Positions 46,545-56,397 of a stretch of DNA of 64,000 nt are shown here, piece by piece. A program made the translations under genes and the position numbers. The stretch is from an uncultured Bdellovibrionales bacterium (lineage in GTDB: Bacteria > Patescibacteriota > Minisyncoccia > Moranbacterales > UBA1568): assembly GCA_964597355.1 (NCBI GenBank), contig CAZQWS010000005.1, forward strand, positions 903-64,902, given 5' to 3'. The notes under the pieces are model-generated. The model saw only the letters and a list, made by a program, of their open reading frames with translations, made no database searches and was not told the DNA's origin. Each line of letters starts with the position of its first letter. The stretch's first letter is position 1.

Positions 46545-47630
46545 TTAGTTTGCCTCAGCTGCTTCGATTTTCATGCGGATATCCTCTGACTCAAGGGCAT
46601 CGAGAATAGATCCGAGGTTTCCTTGGAGGATGCCGGGGATATTGCTCCAGTTTTGGTGGATACGGTGGTCGGTAATGCGATCTTGGGGGAAATTGTAGGA
46701 GCGGATCTTTTCGCTGCGGTCTCCAGTCCCGATTTGACTCTTGCGGGTGTCGCCGAGTTCCTTGAGTTGGCGTTTTTCTTCCTGTTCCCAAAGCCTAGCC
46801 CGCAAAACCTTCATGGCTTTCTCGCGGTTTTTGATCTGTGACTTTTCATCCTGGCAGGAAACGACGAGATTCGTGGGGAGATGTGTAATTCGTACCGCAC
46901 TGTACGTGGTATTGACTGACTGCCCACCAGGGCCCGAAGAGCAAAATGTATCGATGCGGAGGTCTTCGGGTCGGACGACGATCTCGATGTCGTCGACCTG
47001 GGGCAGCACCGCGACGGTCACGGTGGAAGTATGCACTCGCCCCATTTTCTCGGTCTCAGGGACGCGCTGGACACGGTGCACGCCAGACTCATACTTAAAT
47101 TTCCGGTAGACGGAGATATCGCTGTGGCCGCGGTTGACCTCAAAGGTAACTTCTTTGAAACCACCGGCTTCAGTCTGGTGCGAGTCGAGGAGGGTAGTTT
47201 GCCAGCCGAGAGCCTCGGCATAGCGGGCGTACATGCGAAAGAGTTCCGCGGCGAAGAGGCTGGCCTCGTCGCCACCAGCTCCAGCCCGAATCTCAACGAT
47301 GATGTCTTTTTCGTCATTCTTATCCTTTGGAAGGAGGAGTTTGGTGAGTTCAATCTCGAGTACTTCTTTTTCCTTGGAGAGGGCAATATTGTCTTCGAGC
47401 GCCATCACCTTGAGCTCTGGGTCAGTTTCCCCCTGAGTAAGTTCCGCATTGTTCCGGAGATTTTGCTCGACTACCTTGAGGCGGGCAATTTTCTCCATGA
47501 CGATATCAAGCTCCGCTTTGCGCCGCCCGAGCACCATGAGTTTTTTGGAATCGTTCAAAGTAGCACTTTCCATGAGCTCACGCTCAACCGCTTGGTATTC
47601 CGCTTCAATTTTACTAATCAAATCTTGCAT
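46545..47630 (-). CDS. prfA: peptide chain release factor 1
   Basis: '[11 protein letters not shown]' GGQ motif, 'QRVPETE' tripeptide region of RF1 type. Confidence 0.9.
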   Translation of the reverse strand: MQDLISKIEAEYQAVERELMESATLNDSKKLMVLGRRKAELDIVMEKIARLKVVEQNLRNNAELTQGETDPELKVMALEDNIALSKEKEVLEIELTKLLLPKDKNDEKDIIVEIRAGAGGDEASLFAAELFRMYARYAEALGWQTTLLDSHQTEAGGFKEVTFEVNRGHSDISVYRKFKYESGVHRVQRVPETEKMGRVHTSTVTVAVLPQVDDIEIVVRPEDLRIDTFCSSGPGGQSVNTTYSAVRITHLPTNLVVSCQDEKSQIKNREKAMKVLRARLWEQEEKRQLKELGDTRKSQIGTGDRSEKIRSYNFPQDRITDHRIHQNWSNIPGILQGNLGSILDALESEDIRMKIEAAEAN

Positions 47631-47751
47631 ATTGACTAAAGAAGACTATTATGATATTTTTCCCCATCGAACCTTTCCAATAGAATAACTCGAATTTCCG
47701 TATTTCAACCCACTACGCACATACGCGTGGTACTTAACCAGGAGTAATGAA

Positions 47752-47967
47752 ATGATGCGATATACAAAATTTATGTTGGTGTTCTTTGCTGTCGAACTTC
47801 TTGGTCTCTTCATCTTTGGCAATACCTGGATGATTGCCAACGCCCTCGGAGCTGAAACGAAAGCAATCCACTCCGCTATTGCGGGAAATTCGATTGCGCT
47901 ATCTTCGATTCTGGTGGTGGCCGGACTGATGTTTGCTGCAGCGTCGGTCATCAAACTGGAGAAGTAG
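47752..47967 (+). CDS. hypothetical small membrane protein (71 aa)
   Basis: Two hydrophobic helices; weak support. Confidence 0.3.
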   Translation: MMRYTKFMLVFFAVELLGLFIFGNTWMIANALGAETKAIHSAIAGNSIALSSILVVAGLMFAAASVIKLEK

Positions 47968-48094
47968 TTCTTGCGACAGAGTTTGGCAGATACAGGGCAG
48001 TTTGCGCGTCGCGCGAGCTGCCTTGAATCATTTTATATACTTTCAAGTAACTTCTATCGCTTAGACTACAGGGCTTTGCCTTCTCTCGCAAACA

Positions 48095-48125
48095 AAAAAC
48101 GACCTAAAAACGGTCGTTTTTTTAA
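48095..48125. terminator. terminator hairpin aacgacc-taaaaac-ggtcgtt flanked by A/T runs (rpmE 3' end)
   Basis: 7-bp stem with T-runs on both strands. Confidence 0.65.
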
Positions 48126-48136
48126 TCGAAACCAAG

Positions 48137-48454
48137 CTAAGCTTTGGTCTTGGTGACTTTTTCAGCTTTTGGAGTCTCGTCTTCTTTCTTCTTGGTTTCG
48201 GCCTTCTTGGCGCGCTTGGCCTTAGTAGCAGTGTGAACCGCAGCAGCTTTGGCAGCCCGCTCGGCGAGTTTCTTGAAGCGGTCTACACGACCACCAGTAT
48301 CGACGAATTTCTTTTCACCAGTGTAGAACGGGTGACAGTTGGAGCAGATTTCAGTCGAGATCTTGGGGATAGTCGAACCAGTGAGAAAGGTTTTGCCACA
48401 GACACACTGGACGGTTACTTCGTGATGGTAGGTGGGGTGAATGCCGGACTGCAT
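48137..48454 (-). CDS. rpmE: 50S ribosomal protein L31 (with Lys-rich C-terminal extension)
   Basis: '[10 protein letters not shown]...VQCVCGKTF...[10 protein letters not shown]'. Confidence 0.85.
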   Translation of the reverse strand: MQSGIHPTYHHEVTVQCVCGKTFLTGSTIPKISTEICSNCHPFYTGEKKFVDTGGRVDRFKKLAERAAKAAAVHTATKAKRAKKAETKKKEDETPKAEKVTKTKA

Positions 48455-48683
48455 AGGGATAATGTGAAATTCAATGGATAGAGTCTAGCATGGACATTGT
48501 AAATTGACAAGTGTCAGGCTTTCTCCTATACTGCCATCGCTCATCTCTGCTGGTCTTTTTATAAAACCAGCGAGAAACCCAGCCTCTTTTTGATCTATAG
48601 CTGCCTTTCCTGCCCTGAGCTTGTCCGAGGGTCCAGGTAGCTCAAGGACAAAAGAGAAGTAATTTATCCTAAGGAAGACCAGT

Positions 48684-49466
48684 ATGAGTCAAACTGAAGG
48701 GGCAGCTTTTGCTCCGTTAACGCTTGTTCGCGCTCTCGAACGCGCTTCTTTCGAGAATTTTAATTTCGACACGCTCGACACGAGTATTGAGGCTCTCCTC
48801 AAAGCTGGAGTACATTTCGGGCATGTCAGTTCTCGCCGGCATCCACGGATGGCCCCGTATATCTTCACCACGAGGAAGAATATCTCCATCATGAACTTAG
48901 AGAAGACCAAGGAAAAGCTTGAAACGGCAGCTCAGTTTCTCGAGACAACGGTAAAAAGCGGTAAGTCGGTGCTGTTCGTCGGTATCAAGAAACAAACCCA
49001 CGATGTTGTGAAGTCTCTCGCCACTCGTCTCGGCCAATCATATGTAATTGATCGTTGGCTTGGTGGCACACTCACTAATGCCGGACAGATTCAAGGTCGG
49101 GCTAAGTATCTCGTCGAAAGTGAACGCATGAAAGAAGCTGGCGAGTACAAAAAGTACACCAAGTTTGAACAGCAGAAGAAAAGCGAAGAGATCGAGAAGC
49201 TCGAGCACAAAGTGGGTGGACTGAAGCGTCTCGTCACGCAGCCTGGGGCTGTTGTGATCGCCGATGGCAAAGAGGCTAGTCTCGCTATCAAAGAGGCTCG
49301 TCGAATGGGTGTACCAATCGTGGCTATTGTCGATAGCAACATGGATCCGACGCTTATCGATTATCCTATTCCGGGTAATGATGATGCTCTTTCCTCACTC
49401 CACTTGCTTTTGGGACGTCTTGGCCAAGCAGTGCTTGCTGGTATTCCCAATGTTCCCAAGGCTTAA
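48684..49466 (+). CDS. rpsB: 30S ribosomal protein S2 (N-terminal ~30-aa extension)
   Basis: 'LLKAGVHFGHVSSRRHPRMAPYIF', 'VLFVGIKKQ', 'VVIADGKEASLAIKEARRMGVPIVAIVDSN'. Confidence 0.9.
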   Translation: MSQTEGAAFAPLTLVRALERASFENFNFDTLDTSIEALLKAGVHFGHVSSRRHPRMAPYIFTTRKNISIMNLEKTKEKLETAAQFLETTVKSGKSVLFVGIKKQTHDVVKSLATRLGQSYVIDRWLGGTLTNAGQIQGRAKYLVESERMKEAGEYKKYTKFEQQKKSEEIEKLEHKVGGLKRLVTQPGAVVIADGKEASLAIKEARRMGVPIVAIVDSNMDPTLIDYPIPGNDDALSSLHLLLGRLGQAVLAGIPNVPKA

Positions 49467-49647
49467 GTCTTTTGACGCAGCTGAAACAAGGGAAAAAGTG
49501 AAAAAGAGTTATCAACAAGCGTGTTTTGGTACAAACGTTATTTTCGTCTAGAATAACGGATAGACATTCGATTTTACCAGTCCTCCGTTCGGAGAAAAAC
49601 ATTGAATGCGTATTTTCCTCACTCACTACATTTGGTAATAAACACAT

Positions 49648-50232
49648 ATGAGTTCAATTGAAGCAGTAAAAAAACTTCGTGAAAAGACAGGTGCAGGGAT
49701 TGTTGAGGTTCAGAAAGCCCTTGTCGAGGCCAATGGTGATGAGGAGAAAGCTATCTCCCTTCTCAAAAAACGCGGTGAGGCCAAGGCTCTCAAGCGGACT
49801 GATCGCGAAGCAGGGGAGGGGATCGTAACGACCTATGTCCATTCCAATGCGCGAGTTGGGGTAATGCTGACACTTCTTTGTGAGACCGATTTTGTCGCAC
49901 GCAACGATGATTTCCAGACGCTTGGACGTGACCTTGCTATGCATATCGCGGCGCTTGCCCCTCTCTATCTCGCTCCCGAAGATGTTCCGGCTGAACTTGT
50001 TGCCAAAGAGCGAGTAATTTGGGAAGAACAGGTGAAGAACGAAGGGAAACCTGCCGAAATTGCTGAGAAAATCCTTGCTGGAAAAGAAAAGAAATTTCGC
50101 GAAGAAATCGCGCTTCTCACCCAGCCGTTCGTCAAAGACCCTTCAAAGACGGTTGGTGAACTTATTACAGAAAACATTCACAAAATTGGAGAAAAGATTC
50201 AAGTTGGTACGTTTGTTCGGTACGAAATATAA
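49648..50232 (+). CDS. tsf: elongation factor Ts (short form)
   Basis: 'AVKKLREKTGAGIVEVQKALVEANGDEEKAISLLKKRG' UBA-like N-terminus. Confidence 0.9.
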   Translation: MSSIEAVKKLREKTGAGIVEVQKALVEANGDEEKAISLLKKRGEAKALKRTDREAGEGIVTTYVHSNARVGVMLTLLCETDFVARNDDFQTLGRDLAMHIAALAPLYLAPEDVPAELVAKERVIWEEQVKNEGKPAEIAEKILAGKEKKFREEIALLTQPFVKDPSKTVGELITENIHKIGEKIQVGTFVRYEI

Positions 50233-50270
50233 GATCTTGATAGTCAAGTTTCGCACAATTCTCCACCATC

Positions 50271-51074
50271 ATGTGGCCACTTATTATCCCACCGATTGTC
50301 TTTGCCCTCTCTCTCGGGTTTTTGGTATGGTTTTTGTCCAAGAAAAGCGCTGATCCAATCCTTCAGGAGCATCTTGCTCTCGCGGGACAAACGTCCAAGT
50401 CAAAACGTTTCCTATTTCTTTTCAAAGAGGAGACGGGACTCCGGCTTCTCGAGCGTATTCTTCAGCGGCTCAAGCTCCTTTCACTCAAATTCCACAACCG
50501 ATTTCAAGAGTTCTCTAACTTTCTCAAACGAAAACGTGAACAGGCCGCTGAAATTCGAGAGATGGCGCTCAAGGATAAAATAACGGTACTTCCCGAAGAG
50601 GATAAAGATGGATTTTGGGATCGTTGGCATCGACGCCACCGTGCTACTCTTGATCCGGTGACCAAAGAAGAACCACTTGAAGTGCAAACTGACCCAGCGT
50701 TAGGGGAACGAGTGGCGATAACCAACGCGACTCCTGAACGCAAAACACATTCACGGTTTGGGGGGCTTCGGAGGAAAGTGAGCGAGTTGGCTTCCGGTTC
50801 GACAGATGAACATTTCACTCGTTCTAAACGGACTCCAGTTCCCACGAGGAAACTTCTCTCTGAGGAGGAACTTATTGACCGGATAGCGAAGAATCCCAAG
50901 GACGCAGCTTCCTATGAGGAACTGGGTGATTACTATATGGCAAGCGAGAACCTCGAGGATGCCAAGGCATGTTACCGCCAGGTGATCAAACTTTTGCCTT
51001 TGAACCGAGAGGTGAAGGATAAGGTGCGGAAGCTTGAGCGGCTCCTCGTACAGCGAGAGAAACACAAAGGATAG
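50271..51074 (+). CDS. hypothetical membrane-anchored protein with C-terminal TPR-like repeat
   Basis: TM 'LIIPPIVFALSLGFLVWFL'; 'YEELGDYYMASENLEDAKACYRQVIKLLP'. Confidence 0.5.
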   Translation: MWPLIIPPIVFALSLGFLVWFLSKKSADPILQEHLALAGQTSKSKRFLFLFKEETGLRLLERILQRLKLLSLKFHNRFQEFSNFLKRKREQAAEIREMALKDKITVLPEEDKDGFWDRWHRRHRATLDPVTKEEPLEVQTDPALGERVAITNATPERKTHSRFGGLRRKVSELASGSTDEHFTRSKRTPVPTRKLLSEEELIDRIAKNPKDAASYEELGDYYMASENLEDAKACYRQVIKLLPLNREVKDKVRKLERLLVQREKHKG

Positions 51075-51128
51075 GCCTCATTATTGCTCTCTCTTTATTC
51101 TTCCGCTAAGATACAAAAGTTCTCTTTG

Positions 51129-51201
51129 GCCATCTTAGCTCAGTTGGTAGAGCAACGGTTTTGTAAACCGTGGGTCGTCGGTTCGAGCCCGACAGATGGC
51201 T
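51129..51201 (+). tRNA. tRNA-Thr (anticodon TGT)
   Basis: Cloverleaf folded by hand: acceptor gccatct/agatggc, D-arm gctc-agttggta-gagc, anticodon stem acggt/accgt loop tTTGTaa, T-arm gtcgg-ttcgagc-ccgac; no encoded CCA. Confidence 0.85.
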
Positions 51202-51222
51202 CTGGTAGTATGTGAACAATAT

Positions 51223-51305
51223 GGGTAGGTGGCCGAGTGGTTAAAGGCGGCAGACTGTAAATCTGCTCTCTCCGGAGTACGGGGGTTCGAATCCCTCCCT
51301 ACCCA
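51223..51305 (+). tRNA. tRNA-Tyr (anticodon GTA, long variable arm)
   Basis: Acceptor gggtagg/cctaccc, anticodon loop cTGTAaa (GTA), long variable arm, T-loop ttcgaat. Confidence 0.85.
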
Positions 51306-51415
51306 CAAAAGTTAAAGCTGTGCCCTTGTGGCACAAATTTAACTTTTTGAAGTACATGGAAGGGATGAAAAGTTTATGCCCCGCAGGGGTAAATCCCTTC
51401 CCACCCACAGTTTAT

Positions 51416-51488
51416 GCCGTTGTAGCTCAGTCGGTAGAGCAATTCCATGGTAAGGAATAGGTCACCAGTTCAAATCTGGTCAACGGCT
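51416..51488 (+). tRNA. tRNA-Thr (anticodon GGT)
   Basis: Acceptor gccgttg/caacggc, anticodon stem attcc/ggaat loop atGGTaa, T-arm accag-ttcaaat-ctggt. Confidence 0.85.
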
Positions 51489-51575
51489 CAAGATTGTTTT
51501 CGGACAGTTGACGGGAAGAAAGAACTCCCGTAGAGTAAACTGCGTACTCGTTAGAGGTAATTTTTACGTTTTGTT

Positions 51576-51737
51576 ATGGGTAAGATCAAGGAAAACATGG
51601 CCAAATTGAAGTGCTCGGTTTGTGGTCGCATCACGCACTACACCAAGCGTAACAAGAAGAAGGTGAAGGAAAAGCTGTCACTCAAAAAGTACTGCAAATT
51701 TTGCCAAAAAAGCAACCTTCACAATGAGTCGAAGTAA
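51576..51737 (+). CDS. rpmG: 50S ribosomal protein L33
   Basis: 53 aa 'MGKIKENMAKLKCSVCGRITHYTKRNKKKVKEKLSLKKYCKFCQKSNLHNESK' with the two CxxC zinc-ribbon pairs; below track cutoff; rpmG-tRNA-Trp linkage is common. Confidence 0.85.
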   Translation: MGKIKENMAKLKCSVCGRITHYTKRNKKKVKEKLSLKKYCKFCQKSNLHNESK

Positions 51738-51772
51738 GCCTTTAAACGGGCTTTTCTTCTTTTGACTCTTTT

Positions 51773-51843
51773 AGGGGCGTCGTATAGTGGTAGTACAACG
51801 GTCTCCAAAACCGTTAGTGAGGGTTCGATTCCTTCCGCCCCTG
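51773..51843 (+). tRNA. tRNA-Trp (anticodon CCA)
   Basis: Acceptor aggggcg/cgcccct, anticodon stem acggt/accgt loop ctCCAaa, T-arm ...gggttcgattcc.... Confidence 0.8.
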
Positions 51844-51903
51844 CAAAAGAGAAATGCTGGTGAGATTTTGGCTCTTTGATGTTTGCTTTTTGATTTTTCA
51901 AAA

Positions 51904-51975
51904 GGCCCCATCGTCTATCGGCTAGGACACTTGGTTCTCATCCAAGAAAGAGGGGTTCGATTCCCCTTGGGGCTA
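51904..51975 (+). tRNA. tRNA-Glu (anticodon CTC)
   Basis: Acceptor ggcccca/tggggct, D-region tcgtctatcggctaggacac typical of tRNA-Glu, anticodon loop ttCTCat, T-arm gaggggttcgattcccctt. Confidence 0.75.
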
Positions 51976-52124
51976 CTAGATAAATGAAAAGCGCCGGATT
52001 TTTTCCGGTACTTTTCATTTTTTAATATCCAAGGGGAAGAGAAGGGTATTTTGAAAAGCCAACTGCTTGGCTTTTCAAAAACCCAGGCTCCGAAGGAGTC
52101 ACGGAGTCTCTGGCGGAATGATGG

Positions 52125-52152
52125 GTGAGGAGGATTCCCCTTGGGGCTACTG
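52125..52152 (+). pseudogene. tRNA-Glu 3'-half fragment (gaggaggattccccttggggctact)
   Basis: Near-identical to the T-arm and acceptor 3' strand of the tRNA-Glu at 51949-51977; followed by its own terminator hairpin and a repeated 'aatatccaagg' motif. Confidence 0.6.
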
Positions 52153-52333
52153 TGAAACAAAAAAGACCCTGAGAGAACCCAGGATCTTTTTTGTTTTGTA
52201 ATATCCAAGGAGGAATCGAACGGGTAGGAGCGAGGTTGGTCTAATTTACTTTTGACACTTTTTTGATTCGGAGTAGAGTTGAGGCACAGTTCTTCACAAC
52301 TTCATTTAAGGTCATTGGTCTCAAGGAGTCATC

Positions 52334-52756
52334 ATGAGCATCGTTGCTATTAGAATGTTTCTCCTATTGTCCTCGTTGAGCGGCCAAAGTGTTGCTCAGT
52401 GCTCCTTGCCTGAGTGTCAAGGGCTAGAATTGAAATGGAAATCGGCTTTTGGAGCGAGTGCAGCCACTCGCATTGGGAACCTTGAATTCAATATTCCCAA
52501 GGCTAAAAAGTGGCCTGAGACGAGTCTTCAAATTGTCCAATCTGCTACCACTACTCAAGATCAGTTCTGGCTTTCGGACAATCCACCAACCGTAGGTATT
52601 AATATACCTGATCCTGATAAGCATTTGAGAATCAGGGCAAAGACGGTCGTCTATAAATCCGTGGGAGAGGATGGGACCGTGACACAGTGGTCGGTCGGAA
52701 TTCTTGGGAAGCCTAAGAGAGGAGTGGGGGTTGAGTTCAGGCTTTCGTGGAAATGA
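52334..52756 (+). CDS. hypothetical secreted protein (140 aa, signal peptide)
   Basis: 'MSIVAIRMFLLLSSLSGQSVAQ' signal-peptide-like N-terminus; AAGGAG SD; TTGACA-17-TAGAGT promoter at 52251. Confidence 0.5.
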   Translation: MSIVAIRMFLLLSSLSGQSVAQCSLPECQGLELKWKSAFGASAATRIGNLEFNIPKAKKWPETSLQIVQSATTTQDQFWLSDNPPTVGINIPDPDKHLRIRAKTVVYKSVGEDGTVTQWSVGILGKPKRGVGVEFRLSWK

Positions 52757-52850
52757 GGAATGGTCATGTCACGTTGGCCAAGACGACTGTACCAGGAACC
52801 CGTGAAAGCCAGAGCCAAAGAAGGAGAGGTAGTAATACTTTTCCCAAAGA

Positions 52851-53189
52851 TTGACGCCAACGTCTACCTCTTCGTGCAGTATTTCTTGCGAGCACTGCCC
52901 TAGAAACTATCACAACAAGTATGTCTTTGGATGGCTGTACATACCTTCTCCAAGCGGTAGCGGATCTTGCTCATCGAAACCAATGGAGTTTTGGCACGGC
53001 CTGAAGGAATGCTGCGGGGGACTCACCTTCCTGAACGGCCAACGGAAGGAGGAGTTTTGCTGGGGGTTCTCTGAGATTATCCGCGTGTTGTTCCCTAAGC
53101 GGACTGCAAGGCTTTGCATTGAGGAATTTGAACGGCGCAATGCGGAGATGGTAGCTCTGAAGAAGAGGGGGTCGCCGCCGATGGAGTGA
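52851..53189 (+). CDS. hypothetical Cys-rich protein (112 aa), weak
   Basis: ORF only; TTG start, no clear SD. Confidence 0.25.
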   Translation: MTPTSTSSCSISCEHCPRNYHNKYVFGWLYIPSPSGSGSCSSKPMEFWHGLKECCGGLTFLNGQRKEEFCWGFSEIIRVLFPKRTARLCIEEFERRNAEMVALKKRGSPPME

Positions 53190-53262
53190 ATTGTTTGAGG
53201 GTGTTGGTGAACTGCCGACACCTTTTGTTATACTAAGACGGTAAGGTTTAACGCAGCGTGTT

Positions 53263-53985
53263 ATGGCTACCCTTATTTTTGACATCGAAACGGTTGGAGA
53301 GGACTTTGCAGCACTCGATGAAACGACGCAGGAGAGTCTCACGCGCTGGATCAAGCGTGAGGCGGGGAATGAGGATGAGTATCAAACAGCTCTCAAGGAT
53401 CTCGAAGAGGGGCTCGGGTTTTCGCCTCTCACCGGACAAATTGTAGCTATTGGCGTTCTTGATGCTGAGCGAGAGAAATCAGCGGTGTATTATCAGCCGG
53501 CGGACGGAGATACAGATTTTGAGGAGGATGGGTGCAAATACGAGGCTCTCTCCGAAAAAGCTATGCTAGAGAAGTTCTGGGATATCGCCACCAAGTACGA
53601 TACGTTCGTGACGTTCAATGGGAGGCAATTTGATGTACCTTTTCTCTGGACGCGTTCGGCAGTGCATGGTGTGAAGCCAACGAAGAATCTCATGAGTAAC
53701 CGGTATCTTAATTATCAACCCTGGAATGCCAAACACGTCGATCTTCTTGATCAACTTTCTTTCTATGGTACCGTGCGGAGGAAGGGAAGCTTGCATCTTT
53801 GGACCAGGGCGTTTGGTATCGAAAGTCCCAAAGCACAAGGAGTAACCGGGGATGATGTACGTGGACTTTTTAAGGAAGGCAAGTACCGAGAAATTGCTCG
53901 TTATAATGCCAGAGACTTGTGGGCGACACTGGAGCTTTATCGCCGTTACCGAGATTTCTTTGTCTTCACTGAGGATGAACGCTAA
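53263..53985 (+). CDS. RNase H-like 3'-5' exonuclease (PolB exonuclease-domain-like, YprB/COG3298 type)
   Basis: Exo I motif 'LIFDIETVG' (DxE), downstream 'YNARDLWAT' Exo III-like YxxxD. Confidence 0.65.
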   Translation: MATLIFDIETVGEDFAALDETTQESLTRWIKREAGNEDEYQTALKDLEEGLGFSPLTGQIVAIGVLDAEREKSAVYYQPADGDTDFEEDGCKYEALSEKAMLEKFWDIATKYDTFVTFNGRQFDVPFLWTRSAVHGVKPTKNLMSNRYLNYQPWNAKHVDLLDQLSFYGTVRRKGSLHLWTRAFGIESPKAQGVTGDDVRGLFKEGKYREIARYNARDLWATLELYRRYRDFFVFTEDER

Positions 53986-54049
53986 TCCTTTGGCTCGATA
54001 GGCCATTTCTGTTACAATGCCAGAGACTTTTTAGTGGCATAGTTTTTTT

Positions 54050-55117
54050 ATGGATATCCAAGCCTCCCTAAAGCAGTTTAAGGCGAATTTTGATCCTCGG
54101 CTCAAGGCTTATTTCGATGCGCGTATTGCTGAAGCCGAGAAAGAAGATGCATTGGTGGCGGAAGCGCTCGAACATGTAAAAATGATGACTTTAGCAGGAG
54201 GGAAGCGCCTTCGTCCCGCCTTTATGCTGGCTGGGTATGAGAGTGCCAATGGAGCGGAGCGTGAACGTCTGCTCCAAACAGCGATCGCAATCGAGCTTAT
54301 CCACATGTTTCTCCTGATTCATGACGACATTATCGATCGAGACGCCCTACGGCATGGAGTGGCGACGTTGCATGAGCGTTATGCCGATTGGGGCCGCCTC
54401 AAACTTGGTCTTACTGATCCAGCCCATTTTGGGAATTCGATCGCACTTATTATAGGTGACCTCTTGTTTTCACTCGGTAATGATATTATTTTCCGTTCTG
54501 GCTTCCCTTATGAACGCGTATTTGAGGCACTTTCCAAAACACAGAAAATTGTCTCTCACACGAGCGTTGGCGAAGCCAAAGACATTTATCTCGAGTACCG
54601 CAAGCGAGCGAGTTCGGAAGAAGTGCTTAAAATGTATGAACAAAAAACGGCCCGGTATACGTTTGAAGGACCACTTCATCTCGGAGCTATCCTTGCTGGT
54701 GGCTCGGCCGAACTCCTCCAAGCTCTTTCGGCCTATTCCCTGCCACTTGGCATTGCTTTCCAAATCCAGGATGATATTCTCGGTATTTACGGTAATGAAG
54801 AACGCATTGGCAAACCAGTAGGCTCTGATATAAAAGAGGGTAAGATGACGATCTTGGTAACAAAAGCCTATGAACTCCCTGGTAACCATCACGCTGAACT
54901 TTCGGAAATTTTGGAGAAAGGAGCATCGCTCACTGCGGACGATGTTGAGCGTTTTCGGGTGTTGATTCGAGAATCAGGCTCACTTGAAGAAGCAAAAAAT
55001 TTAACGCATACTTCTATTCATGCTGCCAAACAAGCTCTTGAGGGAGTTTCTTTGCCAGAACCTACCCGAGCGTTTCTTTTGGGCATAGCTGATTATATGC
55101 TTGCCCGAGAGTACTAA
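54050..55117 (+). CDS. polyprenyl diphosphate synthase (geranylgeranyl/farnesyl diphosphate synthase family)
   Basis: First and second aspartate-rich motifs 'LIHDDIIDRD' and 'FQIQDDILG'. Confidence 0.85.
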   Translation: MDIQASLKQFKANFDPRLKAYFDARIAEAEKEDALVAEALEHVKMMTLAGGKRLRPAFMLAGYESANGAERERLLQTAIAIELIHMFLLIHDDIIDRDALRHGVATLHERYADWGRLKLGLTDPAHFGNSIALIIGDLLFSLGNDIIFRSGFPYERVFEALSKTQKIVSHTSVGEAKDIYLEYRKRASSEEVLKMYEQKTARYTFEGPLHLGAILAGGSAELLQALSAYSLPLGIAFQIQDDILGIYGNEERIGKPVGSDIKEGKMTILVTKAYELPGNHHAELSEILEKGASLTADDVERFRVLIRESGSLEEAKNLTHTSIHAAKQALEGVSLPEPTRAFLLGIADYMLAREY

Positions 55118-55121
55118 TACT

Positions 55122-55838
55122 ATGCCTTCTCTTGCCTCACAACCGCTACCTCGTCATATCGCGATTATTCCCGATGGCAATCGCCGCTGGGCCAAAGAAC
55201 GCGGTCTCGAACCATGGGAAGGACATGAAGCTGGCGCTGAACGCATGGAAGAAATTGTCCGCGAGGGTCGCAAGCTCGGAATTCGCGAAGTGTCTTTTTG
55301 GGGTTCATCCATCGAGAATCTTTCCAAACGGCCACTGCCTGAGAAACAAGCTCTTCTCCGTATCTATGAAACGCAATTCAAGAAACTCATTTCAGATGAG
55401 GATGTTTTTCGCGACAAAGTACGGATTCGGTGTATCGGCCATTGGGAAGAACAGTTTCCCGAGAGTCTGAAAAAAATCCTCAAGGAGGGGATTGAGGCAA
55501 CCAAAGACCATGATCAATACTTCATCAATTTTTTTCTGGCGTATAGTGGCGATGACGATATGCTCAGGGCTATCCAACATATCGCAGGCGAGGGGCTGGC
55601 TCCTGGCATGGTGACCGAAGAAGTGATCAAATCACATCTCATGACCGCCGAACTCCCACCGGTAGATCTCCTCATTCGCACCGGCGACGATCCACATCTT
55701 TCGGCCGGGTTCATGATGTGGGAAACCAAGGACGCCCAACTTTACTTCCCCAACTGCCATTTCCCTGATTTTGGCGCCACTGGGCTCCGAGCCGCTATCG
55801 AAGAATACCAGACCCGCGAACGCCGTTTCGGGAAATAG
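55122..55838 (+). CDS. uppS: undecaprenyl diphosphate synthase (cis-prenyltransferase)
   Basis: 'PRHIAIIPDGNRRWAKERGL' and 'ELLIRTGDDPHLSAGFMMWETKDAQLYF' UppS signatures. ATG 55122 (track TTG 55101). Confidence 0.9.
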   Translation: MPSLASQPLPRHIAIIPDGNRRWAKERGLEPWEGHEAGAERMEEIVREGRKLGIREVSFWGSSIENLSKRPLPEKQALLRIYETQFKKLISDEDVFRDKVRIRCIGHWEEQFPESLKKILKEGIEATKDHDQYFINFFLAYSGDDDMLRAIQHIAGEGLAPGMVTEEVIKSHLMTAELPPVDLLIRTGDDPHLSAGFMMWETKDAQLYFPNCHFPDFGATGLRAAIEEYQTRERRFGK

Positions 55839-56040
55839 GAAACACCATTTGACAAGTTTTTGATTGTCGTTTACACTGTCAACACATTGAAAAAATGCAT
55901 ACGGCTCCCGTGGAGAGGGTATATGACGCGACGCAAGATCGAGGAACGCACGGAATTATACTAAGACCTCTCTTTTTGCGTTGGTTATTACATTTTACCA
56001 AGCGCCCTCACTTTTTCCACTGGAAACTCGCATGCCTCAT

Positions 56041-56262
56041 ATGGGCAATACCAAAGAACTTATTCGTTTTGAAGGCGAAGTGATTGAATCACTACCTTCT
56101 ACCACTTTCAAAGTCCGTCTCGAAAACGGTCATGAGGTGCTCGCCCATATTTCTGGCAAAATGCGTGTTCACTATATCCGCCTCCTGCCTGGAGACAGGG
56201 TATTAGTGGATATGAGCCCGTATGACCTTACCAAAGGGAGAATTGTGCAGCGTTTAAAATAG
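56041..56262 (+). CDS. infA: translation initiation factor IF-1
   Basis: S1-like '[59 protein letters not shown]'; start ATG 56041 or 56032. Confidence 0.85.
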   Translation: MGNTKELIRFEGEVIESLPSTTFKVRLENGHEVLAHISGKMRVHYIRLLPGDRVLVDMSPYDLTKGRIVQRLK

Positions 56263-56277
56263 TCATGTAGTCACGGT

Positions 56278-56391
56278 ATGAAAGTCCGCGCTTCAGTCAA
56301 AAAAATCTGTGCCCACTGCAAGCTCGTGAAGCGGCAACGAGTTATTTTCGTTATCTGCAAGAATCCGAAACATAAGCAACGACAAGGGTAA
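56278..56391 (+). CDS. rpmJ: 50S ribosomal protein L36
   Basis: 37 aa '[37 protein letters not shown]' (C..C...C..H zinc ribbon); between infA and rpsM as usual. Confidence 0.9.
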   Translation: MKVRASVKKICAHCKLVKRQRVIFVICKNPKHKQRQG

Positions 56392-56397
56392 TCTACT

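Noticed and set aside
52125-52152. Second tRNA-Glu gene
   Set aside because: Only the T-arm and 3' acceptor half are present; there is no D-arm or anticodon arm. It is called a fragment.
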